The notes under the pieces were generated by a model. That model saw nothing but the letters and a program-made list of their open reading frames with translations, made no database searches and was not told the origin of the DNA. DNA of 64,000 bases. Source: Candidatus Avirikenella pullistercoris. GTDB lineage: Bacteria; Bacteroidota; Bacteroidia; Bacteroidales; Rikenellaceae. The DNA is taken from positions 1,406 to 65,405 of the forward strand of contig DVIX01000001.1 in NCBI GenBank assembly GCA_018710935.1. Reading direction: 5' to 3'. Shown piece by piece: positions 37,209 to 45,400 of the stretch. Made by a program: the position numbers and the translations under genes. How positions within the stretch are numbered: the first letter of the stretch is position 1; each line of letters begins with the position of its first letter.

Positions 37209-39080
37209 TTATCTGCCGAAATAAACCAAAAGGACGTTGATGTCGGCGGGGGAAACTCCCGGAATGCGGGAAGCTTGTCCGATAGTTGCCGGCTGAATCC
37301 GTGAAAGTTTCTGCCGGGCTTCTATGGAAAGGGAATGAAGTGAATTGAAATCGAATTCCGGGCGAATTTTTATGTTTTCTAATCGTTCTAATTTCTCTGC
37401 AATACTCTTTTCTCGTTCGATATAACCGCCGTATTTTATTAAAATCTCTACCTCTTCGATGCTTTCCCTGTCAATCTTGTTTTTAGATATAAATAATTCT
37501 AATTCAGATATTTGTGGGATTATAGAGCGTAATGATATTTCATTGCGCAGGATAATGTCGTTCAGTTTCCTTTTCTGTGTAAGCGGAGACGAATTCAACG
37601 AATCGAGATAAGGATTTAACTCTTGCGGGGAAACACTGTATTGTTTTATAAAATTATGCAGGAGTTCGATTTTTTGTTGTTTCTCTTTCGCTATGCGGAA
37701 ACGTTTTTCAGACGCCAATCCTATCTCATAAGAGCGTTCGGTAAGCCGAATGTCGGCATTGTCCTGCCGGAGCAAAATACGGTATTCCGCCCGACTGGTG
37801 AACATTCGGTACGGTTCGTCCACCCCTTTGGTTACCAAATCATCGATTAACACCCCGATATAGGCCTCGTTCCGGTTAAGAATGAAAGAGGGTTTTCCGT
37901 TGATTTTCAGATGCGCATTGATTCCTGCAATTAACCCTTGTGCCCCGGCTTCTTCATAACCTGTCGTGCCGTTGATTTGTCCGGCAAAATATAGATTTTC
38001 AATGAGTTTTGTCTCTAATGTATGATGCAGTTGGGTAGGTTGGAAAAAGTCGTATTCGATGGCATAACCGGGGCGGAACAGATGTACATTTTCCAACCCT
38101 TTGATTTTTTGCAATGCTTCGAACTGTATTTGCCACGGTAAGGAAGAGGAGAATCCGTTCAGGTAATATTCGGTCGTATCGGATCCTTCCGGTTCCAGGA
38201 ATAGTTGGTGTTCGTTTTTGCCGGCAAAAGTGTGCAGTTTGTCTTCTATACTCGGACAATAGCGCGGGCCGATTCCTTCGATAGTCCCGTTGAACAGGGG
38301 GGAGTCTGCAAAACCTTCCCGTAATTTATCGTGTACTTCGGTAGAAGTGTAAGCAAGATAGCAGGGAAGCTGTTGTTTTACCGGAGCAATCTCTGGTAAA
38401 AAAGAGAATTTTGCCGGTTCTGCATCTCCTTCCTGGGGTGTCAGTACTGAAAAGTCGATTGTACGGGCATCCAATCTTGCCGGAGTGCCTGTTTTCATTC
38501 TGCCCACTTCGAACCCCAATTCTGCCAGCTGTTCGCTAAGCCCGAAAGAGGCCATATCGCCGAAACGTCCGCCCGTCATCTGAGAACGCCCTACATGGAT
38601 TAATCCGTTTAGGAAAGTACCATTGGTCAGGATAACCGCTTTGGCCGTGAATTGTACGCCTAATTGAGTATAAACACCGGTTATTTTGTGCCTTTGCTGT
38701 TCTATCCGGATAACGTTGTCTTGCCATAAATAGAGATTGGGCGTATTTTCCAGCGTTTCTCGCCAAAGTAGTGAAAATCGTTGTTTATCGCATTGTGCTC
38801 TCGGGCTCCACATTGCCGGGCCTTTAGATCGGTTCAGCATGCGGAATTGAATCGTACTTTTGTCCGTGATAATCCCCATTTGCCCTCCTAGAGCGTCTAT
38901 TTCTCTGACAATCTGCCCTTTAGCCACACCTCCGACAGCCGGATTACAGGACATGTAAGCAAATTTGGCCATGTCCATCGTAATCAGTAGGGTTTTTGAA
39001 CCCATAGTGGCTGCTGCCGCAGCGGCTTCGCATCCGGCGTGGCCTCCTCCTACCACAATAATATCGTAAGCTAATGTCAT
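37209..39080 (-). CDS. mnmG: tRNA uridine-5-carboxymethylaminomethyl(34) synthesis enzyme MnmG (GidA)
   Basis: 623 aa. FAD-binding motif YDIIVVGGGHAGCEAA, plus GPRYCPSIEDK and GQINGTTGYEEAA-type blocks. Confidence 0.95.
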   Translation of the reverse strand: MTLAYDIIVVGGGHAGCEAAAAAATMGSKTLLITMDMAKFAYMSCNPAVGGVAKGQIVREIDALGGQMGIITDKSTIQFRMLNRSKGPAMWSPRAQCDKQRFSLLWRETLENTPNLYLWQDNVIRIEQQRHKITGVYTQLGVQFTAKAVILTNGTFLNGLIHVGRSQMTGGRFGDMASFGLSEQLAELGFEVGRMKTGTPARLDARTIDFSVLTPQEGDAEPAKFSFLPEIAPVKQQLPCYLAYTSTEVHDKLREGFADSPLFNGTIEGIGPRYCPSIEDKLHTFAGKNEHQLFLEPEGSDTTEYYLNGFSSSLPWQIQFEALQKIKGLENVHLFRPGYAIEYDFFQPTQLHHTLETKLIENLYFAGQINGTTGYEEAGAQGLIAGINAHLKINGKPSFILNRNEAYIGVLIDDLVTKGVDEPYRMFTSRAEYRILLRQDNADIRLTERSYEIGLASEKRFRIAKEKQQKIELLHNFIKQYSVSPQELNPYLDSLNSSPLTQKRKLNDIILRNEISLRSIIPQISELELFISKNKIDRESIEEVEILIKYGGYIEREKSIAEKLERLENIKIRPEFDFNSLHSLSIEARQKLSRIQPATIGQASRIPGVSPADINVLLVYFGR

Positions 39081-39087
39081 CGGTTTA

Positions 39088-39525
39088 TTATCTCTCTTTC
39101 AGTTTGTTCAAATAATAATCTTCTTTACTCCTCATCTCTTTTCGCTCGTTGTCCGTATGATCGTTGTAACCGAGCAGATGCAATACTCCGTGGATAATAA
39201 CCCTTTTCAATTCCGTTTCAAAAGGTACTCCGTAATAATCCGCATTTTTTCTGACCATATCGATACTGATTGTCAAATCTCCGGAGATTATACGGTCTGT
39301 ACCTTCCCCTTCGGTATCGTCGAAAGTGATAATGTCGGTATCGTAATCGTGGTTCAGGTATTTTCGGTTCAATTCCAACAAATATTTTGCGGAACAAAAT
39401 ACAACTGATATTTCTCCTGTCGAGGCGCCTTCCTCTTTTATTGCAGCTTGAATCCATCGGGTTGTTGCCTGTTTATGCCCTTTGAATGAAAAATTGCAAT
39501 CTTGTGCTAAATAATGAATGGCCAT
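39088..39525 (-). CDS. ybeY: rRNA maturation RNase YbeY
   Basis: 145 aa with the metal-binding motif HGVLHLLGYNDH. Confidence 0.9.
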   Translation of the reverse strand: MAIHYLAQDCNFSFKGHKQATTRWIQAAIKEEGASTGEISVVFCSAKYLLELNRKYLNHDYDTDIITFDDTEGEGTDRIISGDLTISIDMVRKNADYYGVPFETELKRVIIHGVLHLLGYNDHTDNERKEMRSKEDYYLNKLKER

Positions 39526-39540
39526 AATAGAACGATTTTA

Positions 39541-40728
39541 TTATTTTGCCAGCCAGCTTTCCGGGTTTTGCGGCGTGGTCTCTTTCCAAATTTCGAAATG
39601 GAGCATTCCGTTGGAACCGTCGGAGGCTTCGATTTTTCCTATGACCTGATTGGTCGCTATTTGTTGTCCTACGGTAACATTCACTTCGCTTAAGTTGGAA
39701 TATACGGTGATATAGTTGCCGTGACGTATCATAATGCTGTTATTTAATCCCTGGAAAAAGAAAATTTTGGACACTTCACCTTTATATATGGCATGTACGG
39801 AAGACCCGTTGCTTGCCGTAATATTGATGCCTTTATTGTCTATTTTGAGGCCGGTTTGTACAGGGTGTGCATGAACGCCGAATTTCTCTACGATAACGCC
39901 GTTTTTAACGGGAGCAGGCAATTTCCCCTTATTGTCTTCGAAGTCGCCGGAAAGGCGTTTTAAAAGGGCTTCTTCCTCTTGTGAAAGTTTTTCCTTTTTC
40001 ATTCGTTCAGCCTCTTCTTCGATGATCTCTTGTATCCGTTTCTGAAGTTGGGTAATGGTATTTCTGCTTTTTTCGATATCGGAAAATAATTTTCCCTCCT
40101 CTTTTTTCAATTTTGAAATCGTATTCTCGTAAGATTTCTCTTCCTGGTTCAGTTTCGTGATTTCGTTGTTTTTTTCCTTTACCATACCTGCCAGCTCTGT
40201 CTGTTTCTTTTGAAGCGATTCCGTTTCCGTTTTAATCTGGGAGGTCGTATTCGCTATCTCTTTTGCTTTCCGTTCCCTCAATGCGGTATGTTTTTTCAGA
40301 TAATACATGCGCATAAAAAAGTCATGGAAATCTTTTGAAGCGAATAAAAACAGAAAATAGTTATTCAGTTTGTATTCTTTGTAACTCGATATCAGAACTT
40401 TGGCGTATTCTTCTTTCATCCGTTTCAGGTCTTTATTCAGGGAAGATATTTCCGTATTGTTGGATGAGATGCCGTTCTGAGTGATTTTAATCTGTTTGTC
40501 GAGGTTGGAAATAATGGTTTTCCGGTTTTCTATATTGGATTTGACCAACGAAAGTTGTGCGAGCCCGCTTTTTTGCTGGCTTTTATTCTCTTCCAGCAAT
40601 TCATTGCTTCGTTTAATGGCATTTTCGGCCTCTTGTATCTCTTTTTGCAATTCGTCTATGGTTTGCCCCCACATCGGGTGACCGGCAAACATAAATAACG
40701 TTATAAGCAAAAAAAATCTGAGGTTCAT
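39541..40728 (-). CDS. Murein hydrolase activator / M23 peptidase with a long coiled-coil (EnvC-like)
   Basis: Signal peptide, about 250 aa of heptad-rich coiled coil, and a C-terminal LytM/M23 domain (GINITASNGSSVHAIYKGEV..., IRHGNYITVYSNL, LHFEIW). Confidence 0.85.
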   Translation of the reverse strand: MNLRFFLLITLFMFAGHPMWGQTIDELQKEIQEAENAIKRSNELLEENKSQQKSGLAQLSLVKSNIENRKTIISNLDKQIKITQNGISSNNTEISSLNKDLKRMKEEYAKVLISSYKEYKLNNYFLFLFASKDFHDFFMRMYYLKKHTALRERKAKEIANTTSQIKTETESLQKKQTELAGMVKEKNNEITKLNQEEKSYENTISKLKKEEGKLFSDIEKSRNTITQLQKRIQEIIEEEAERMKKEKLSQEEEALLKRLSGDFEDNKGKLPAPVKNGVIVEKFGVHAHPVQTGLKIDNKGINITASNGSSVHAIYKGEVSKIFFFQGLNNSIMIRHGNYITVYSNLSEVNVTVGQQIATNQVIGKIEASDGSNGMLHFEIWKETTPQNPESWLAK

Positions 40729-40826
40729 GTTGTCAAATCCTATAATTCCCCGAATATTGAACGAAAGGCGGCTCCTGTTTATTTTCAGGTGCTCCGCCTT
40801 TCTTTCGGGTTATGTTATAAAAATTT

Positions 40827-41858
40827 TCAGACAATAAATTCGAATTGTTGCAGGAAGCGAAGGTCGTTTTCGAAATAGAGCCGCAGGTCGCGTACTCCGT
40901 ATTTTAACATGGAGATACGTTCTACACCCATTCCGAATGCAAAACCGCTGTATTTTTTACTGTCTATGCCGCATGCATCCAGCACGTTGGGATCGACCAT
41001 TCCGCAACCCATAATTTCAAGCCAGCCGGTGTGTTTGCAGACATTACATCCTTTTCCTCCGCATAAGTTACAAGAAACATCCACTTCTGCCGACGGTTCC
41101 GTAAAAGGAAAATAGGAAGGGCGCATCCGGATTCGGGACGCTTCGCCGAACATCTCTTTGGCAAAATAGAGAATAGTCTGTTTTAAATCTGCAAAAGATA
41201 CTTTTTCGTCGATGTATAAACCTTCTACCTGATGGAAGATGCAGTGTGCCCGATAAGAGATAGCTTCGTTGCGAAACACCCTGCCCGGGCAAACTACGCG
41301 GATAGGCGGTTTCTGACTCTGCATAGTCCGTACCTGTATGGAACTGGTATGAGTACGAAGCAGAATATCCGGATTTTTTTCAATGAAAAAAGTATCCTGC
41401 ATATCCCTTGCCGGGTGTTCGGGAGGGAAATTCAATGCGGAAAATACATGCCAGTCATCTTCGATTTCCGGACCTTCCGCAGTAGTAAATCCCAACCGGG
41501 AGAAAATTTCCGTAATTTCATTTTTCACTAAGGAGATAGGATGGCGTGTCCCGATTGTCTCATTGCTTCCCGGACGAGTCATGTCGATATTTTCGGAACT
41601 GACAGTTTCTACGCTTTCGAGAGAATTTTTCAATTCATTGATTTTATCGATAGCCGTATTTTTCAATAAATTGATTTTTTGTCCCAGCTCTTTTTTCATA
41701 TCGGCCGAAACCCCTTTGAATTCTTCGAAAAGAGAGGCTAATTCCCCTTTTTTCCCTAATATTTTAATACGAAAATCTTCTATCTCGGTGAAATCTTTGG
41801 GCTTGAATTCTTCGACTTTCTTTAACAGCTCTTCTATCTTACTTCGCATAGTTGTCAT
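40827..41858 (-). CDS. pheS: Phenylalanine--tRNA ligase alpha subunit
   Basis: Class II motifs: HPARDMQDTF, PGRVFRNEA and FAFGMGVERISML. The start could be a few codons downstream (MRSK...). Overlaps the upstream PPIase gene by 20 nt as drawn. Confidence 0.92.
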   Translation of the reverse strand: MTTMRSKIEELLKKVEEFKPKDFTEIEDFRIKILGKKGELASLFEEFKGVSADMKKELGQKINLLKNTAIDKINELKNSLESVETVSSENIDMTRPGSNETIGTRHPISLVKNEITEIFSRLGFTTAEGPEIEDDWHVFSALNFPPEHPARDMQDTFFIEKNPDILLRTHTSSIQVRTMQSQKPPIRVVCPGRVFRNEAISYRAHCIFHQVEGLYIDEKVSFADLKQTILYFAKEMFGEASRIRMRPSYFPFTEPSAEVDVSCNLCGGKGCNVCKHTGWLEIMGCGMVDPNVLDACGIDSKKYSGFAFGMGVERISMLKYGVRDLRLYFENDLRFLQQFEFIV

Positions 41859-42576
41859 AATATTTTTTTGTTTGCTTTTTATCCAGATTGATAACTTTCA
41901 TGGAGAGGATGCGTATGTCTTCTTTCGGGCGGTCGTTATCGTCCGTTTCCATTTCTGCAATGGCATCCACTACGTCCATTCCCGAAACGACATATCCGAA
42001 AATGGTGTAGTTGCCGTCTAATCGGGGAGAACCGCCTTCTTCTTTGTAATGTTTTACGAAGCGGGGTTCGATAGCCTTGCCCAGTCGTTTTTCCGCTTCA
42101 TTCAACATGGAATCGGTAACCGGATCGCCATAACCCTGTACGATATAAAAATGAGAGCCTGAAGAGGCTTTTTCCGGATTGACTTCATCTCCTTCCCGTG
42201 CTGCCCCTACGACGCCCCGTATATGATGAAAACCGGTTTTGATTTCTGCAGGGATATTGGGAGACGGGCTCTCTCCGTATAAAGCACCCGGAACCGCTTC
42301 TTTAGATGCCGGATCGCCCGTTTGGATAACAAAACCTTTGATTACCCGGTGGAACAACATGCTGTCGTAGTAATGGCTGTTGGCCTTTTCGATGAGATTT
42401 TGTTTGTGCAAAGGGGTTTCGTTGAATAAAAATAGAGTGATAACTCCTTTATCGGTAGTTATTTCTACTTCGACAGATTCTCCGTAATCGGGACTGTTTT
42501 TGCATCCTGTCGTTGAAAAACAAAAAAGAGCGAGGATAAGCAAAACAGTATGGCTGAATATTTTGGGTAGCATCAT
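41839..42576 (-). CDS. Cyclophilin-type peptidyl-prolyl cis-trans isomerase, lipoprotein
   Basis: Lipobox FSTTGC. Cyclophilin core FHRVIKGFVIQTGDP ... SSGSHFYIV ... LDGNYTIFGYVVSGMDVVD. Confidence 0.88.
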   Translation of the reverse strand: MMLPKIFSHTVLLILALFCFSTTGCKNSPDYGESVEVEITTDKGVITLFLFNETPLHKQNLIEKANSHYYDSMLFHRVIKGFVIQTGDPASKEAVPGALYGESPSPNIPAEIKTGFHHIRGVVGAAREGDEVNPEKASSGSHFYIVQGYGDPVTDSMLNEAEKRLGKAIEPRFVKHYKEEGGSPRLDGNYTIFGYVVSGMDVVDAIAEMETDDNDRPKEDIRILSMKVINLDKKQTKKYYDNYAK

Positions 42577-42794
42577 GTTCCTGTTCGTTTAGTTTCAGAA
42601 GATAATAAAACAGCTTTTATATGGTTTTACAGCTAACAAACTTACGGATTTTTTTTTACTTCTGAAAAACTTCTCTTTCAAACGGTTTTCTCCGGAAAAA
42701 GATATTTCGGAAAAACGGGAAGAAGAAAATGGCGAAAAGAGTGAAAATATTGGCAGAGAGTGAGAAAAAAATACGGTATTTGCTTGATATAGTT

Positions 42795-42802
42795 TATATT
42801 TG
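42795..42802 (+). promoter_or_regulatory. Bacteroidota -7 promoter motif (TAnnTTTG) for the patatin-like gene
   Basis: TATATTTG lies 35 nt upstream of the ATG at 42837 and inside the longer track ORF. This supports the shorter start. Confidence 0.45.
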
Positions 42803-42836
42803 CAGAAAAATAAAAAAGGGACGAATAATTGGATTT

Positions 42837-45218
42837 ATGCGGTTGATAAAATTTATTTCGTTGGCACTGGTTTTTGCCTGCCTGTCGCTTTTCGCATCTG
42901 CCCAGAAAGTCGGGGTGGTGTTGAGCGGCGGAGGCGCCAAAGGGCTGTACCATATCGGAATATTGAAAGCATTGGAAGAGAACGATATTCCTGTGGATTA
43001 TGTTGCAGGAACTTCTATGGGGTCGATTGTCGCAGGGTTATATGCCGCCGGTTATTCGCCTGCCGAAATGGAAGCGATTTTTAAGAGCGATGATGTTTCT
43101 TACTGGCTTTCCGGCAAGATAGAAGACCGTTACCTCTATTATTTCAAAAAGTTGCCGCCCAATGCTTCCATTCTTAATGTAGATATCGATGTCCGGAAAT
43201 ATATTTATGAAAGGCAAGCAAAGAAAAATAAAATACTGGCCGATACGCTTAGCGGAGAAGGGCAAAAAATAACGTTCGGATTGAATAATTCCCCTGCCAT
43301 GACTCCTTCTTCGCTGATTCCTTCTACCCAGTTGGATATGGCGTTTCTGTATTTTTTTGCAGGAGCGGCTGCTAAATGCAAAAATAATTTCGATTCCCTG
43401 TTCGTTCCTTTCCGTTGCGTTTCGGTGGATATTATGGATAGGAAAGAGGTGGTGTGGAGCAAAGGAAACTTGGGAATGGCGATTCGTTCTTCCATGGCGA
43501 TACCGCTCGTTTTCAAGCCGGTGCGTGTGGACAGTATGATGATGTACGACGGCGGATTACTGAATAATTTCCCGTGGGAAGAGATGGAAAAAACATTTCA
43601 TCCCGATGTGATTATCGGAGGGAAATGCGTAAGCGGGGAACCCGATATCAGTACATTGCCGGGACAGGTCGAAATGTTGATAATGAATAAGACGAATTAT
43701 GACCTTCCTGCCGATAAGGGAATTATGATCGAACGGGATATCAATGTGGGAATGCTTGATTTCAAGAAAGCGGAACAGATAATCCAGCTTGGTTATAACG
43801 ATGCAATGGATATGATGCCTTCTATTAAAGAGCGGATTACTCGCCGGGTGAGTTCGGAAGAGATTTATCTGAAACGGTTGCGGTTTAAAGAAGAAACACC
43901 TTCTCTGGTATTCGATGATTTCAATATTACGGGATTGACGGAAGAGCAGCGTAATTATGTGAAAGGACAAATTGAAAATTCGGAGGAAGGAGTTTTCAGC
44001 TCGATCGATTTTAACCGATTTAAAAGCGACTATTTTAAAATTCTTTCCGAAGACATTATGGAAGGAGATTTCCCTACTGCCGATTATAACGACACGACCG
44101 GGATGTTCAGGCTTAACGTACACATGTATAACAAACCCAGCCTGAAAGCGATGGTGGGTTTCAATCTTTCGTCTTCGTCCGAGAATCAGGGGTATATCGG
44201 TTTGCAATACCGTAACGTGGGAGCGGTGAGTTCTATTTACATGCTGAATTGTTATGTAGGCTCCTTTTACTCTTCCGCACAGGTGGGGGTACGATTGAAC
44301 TCCTACCAGAACCACCCGTTTTATGTGGAGAGTTTTCTTACCTATAACTTTTTCGATTATGCCAAGGGAAACAGCCAGCGTATCTCTTATAAATATACCG
44401 ATACCGATTATTCCCGTTATAATGACTGGTATCTGAGCGGATTGATAGGTGTTCCTGTGCATCAGGCTTCCAAATTCGAGTTGCGTGCGGCAATCGGGCG
44501 TGATAAATACAGCTATTTCAAAGATAATTATAATGCCGGGGAGAGGAATACGCCCGAACGTTCCGCATTCAATTTCGTGACGATGAATGCTTCTCTGAAA
44601 CGGAATACATTGAATTACCTGATGTTCCCTACACGGGGGCTGTTTCAGTCTATATCTGCTTTTTGGGGATATAGGCAAGAACGGTATAATCCCGGTGCTT
44701 TGTCTTATAATCAGGGATTTCGGTTTGAAAAAAATAAAGATTTGTTCGTAGGAGCCTCTTTTATCCGGGAAGATTATAACCGGATAGGGAAACATTTCTC
44801 TTTCGGTTATGGGTTGTATGCGCTCTATTCCAGGCGGAGCGGCGATTTTTCGAATAATTATATAAATAAAATCGTTCAGCCCGGTTTTACGCCTACGGTA
44901 CATTCCCAGACTGTATATATGCCGGAATTCCATAATGATTCTTATTATGCTTTGGGAGTAATGCCTGTCTTTTTGCTGAATGAAAAAATTTATTTAAAGG
45001 GGGAAGCCTATTGTTATATGCCGGACATAACCTCTTATAAATATGTGAATGAAAGGCTGAAATATATTATATCCGCTACATTGGTTTACCAATCTCCCGT
45101 GGGGGCGATTTCTTTCAATTATTCCCATTATGACCTGAGGGGAGGACTTAAAAAGGATTATTTTACCCTTAATATCGGGTATTTGGTCTTTAATCGGAAA
45201 GGAATCGAGTATTATTAA
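42837..45218 (+). CDS. Patatin-like phospholipase with a large C-terminal beta-barrel-like domain
   Basis: Start chosen at MRLIKFISLALVFACLSLFASA/QK (signal peptide). Patatin motifs GGGAKG (oxyanion), GTSMG (GxSxG nucleophile) and YDGG (catalytic Asp). The C-terminal ~480 aa are rich in amphipathic beta-strand-like segments. Confidence 0.85.
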   Translation: MRLIKFISLALVFACLSLFASAQKVGVVLSGGGAKGLYHIGILKALEENDIPVDYVAGTSMGSIVAGLYAAGYSPAEMEAIFKSDDVSYWLSGKIEDRYLYYFKKLPPNASILNVDIDVRKYIYERQAKKNKILADTLSGEGQKITFGLNNSPAMTPSSLIPSTQLDMAFLYFFAGAAAKCKNNFDSLFVPFRCVSVDIMDRKEVVWSKGNLGMAIRSSMAIPLVFKPVRVDSMMMYDGGLLNNFPWEEMEKTFHPDVIIGGKCVSGEPDISTLPGQVEMLIMNKTNYDLPADKGIMIERDINVGMLDFKKAEQIIQLGYNDAMDMMPSIKERITRRVSSEEIYLKRLRFKEETPSLVFDDFNITGLTEEQRNYVKGQIENSEEGVFSSIDFNRFKSDYFKILSEDIMEGDFPTADYNDTTGMFRLNVHMYNKPSLKAMVGFNLSSSSENQGYIGLQYRNVGAVSSIYMLNCYVGSFYSSAQVGVRLNSYQNHPFYVESFLTYNFFDYAKGNSQRISYKYTDTDYSRYNDWYLSGLIGVPVHQASKFELRAAIGRDKYSYFKDNYNAGERNTPERSAFNFVTMNASLKRNTLNYLMFPTRGLFQSISAFWGYRQERYNPGALSYNQGFRFEKNKDLFVGASFIREDYNRIGKHFSFGYGLYALYSRRSGDFSNNYINKIVQPGFTPTVHSQTVYMPEFHNDSYYALGVMPVFLLNEKIYLKGEAYCYMPDITSYKYVNERLKYIISATLVYQSPVGAISFNYSHYDLRGGLKKDYFTLNIGYLVFNRKGIEYY

Positions 45219-45400
45219 CGGCATTCGTTCCGGATTATATTTCCAGGGACGGGGAAAGTTGGAAAAAGTTGTAAATAATTGTTATTTTTGCGGAACTGAA
45301 TTACCGGTTGAAAATCAAAAAGATATTTTTAAACAAGATACGATAAATATTCCGGTGAACGTTAATTTATAGGTGAGAAACTATACATATATTTGGCTGG

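Noticed and set aside
43557-44933. 458-aa ORF on the minus strand
   Set aside because: It lies antisense within the patatin-like gene. The composition is dominated by I, R, F and H, with no family motifs and no plausible promoter. Shadow ORF.
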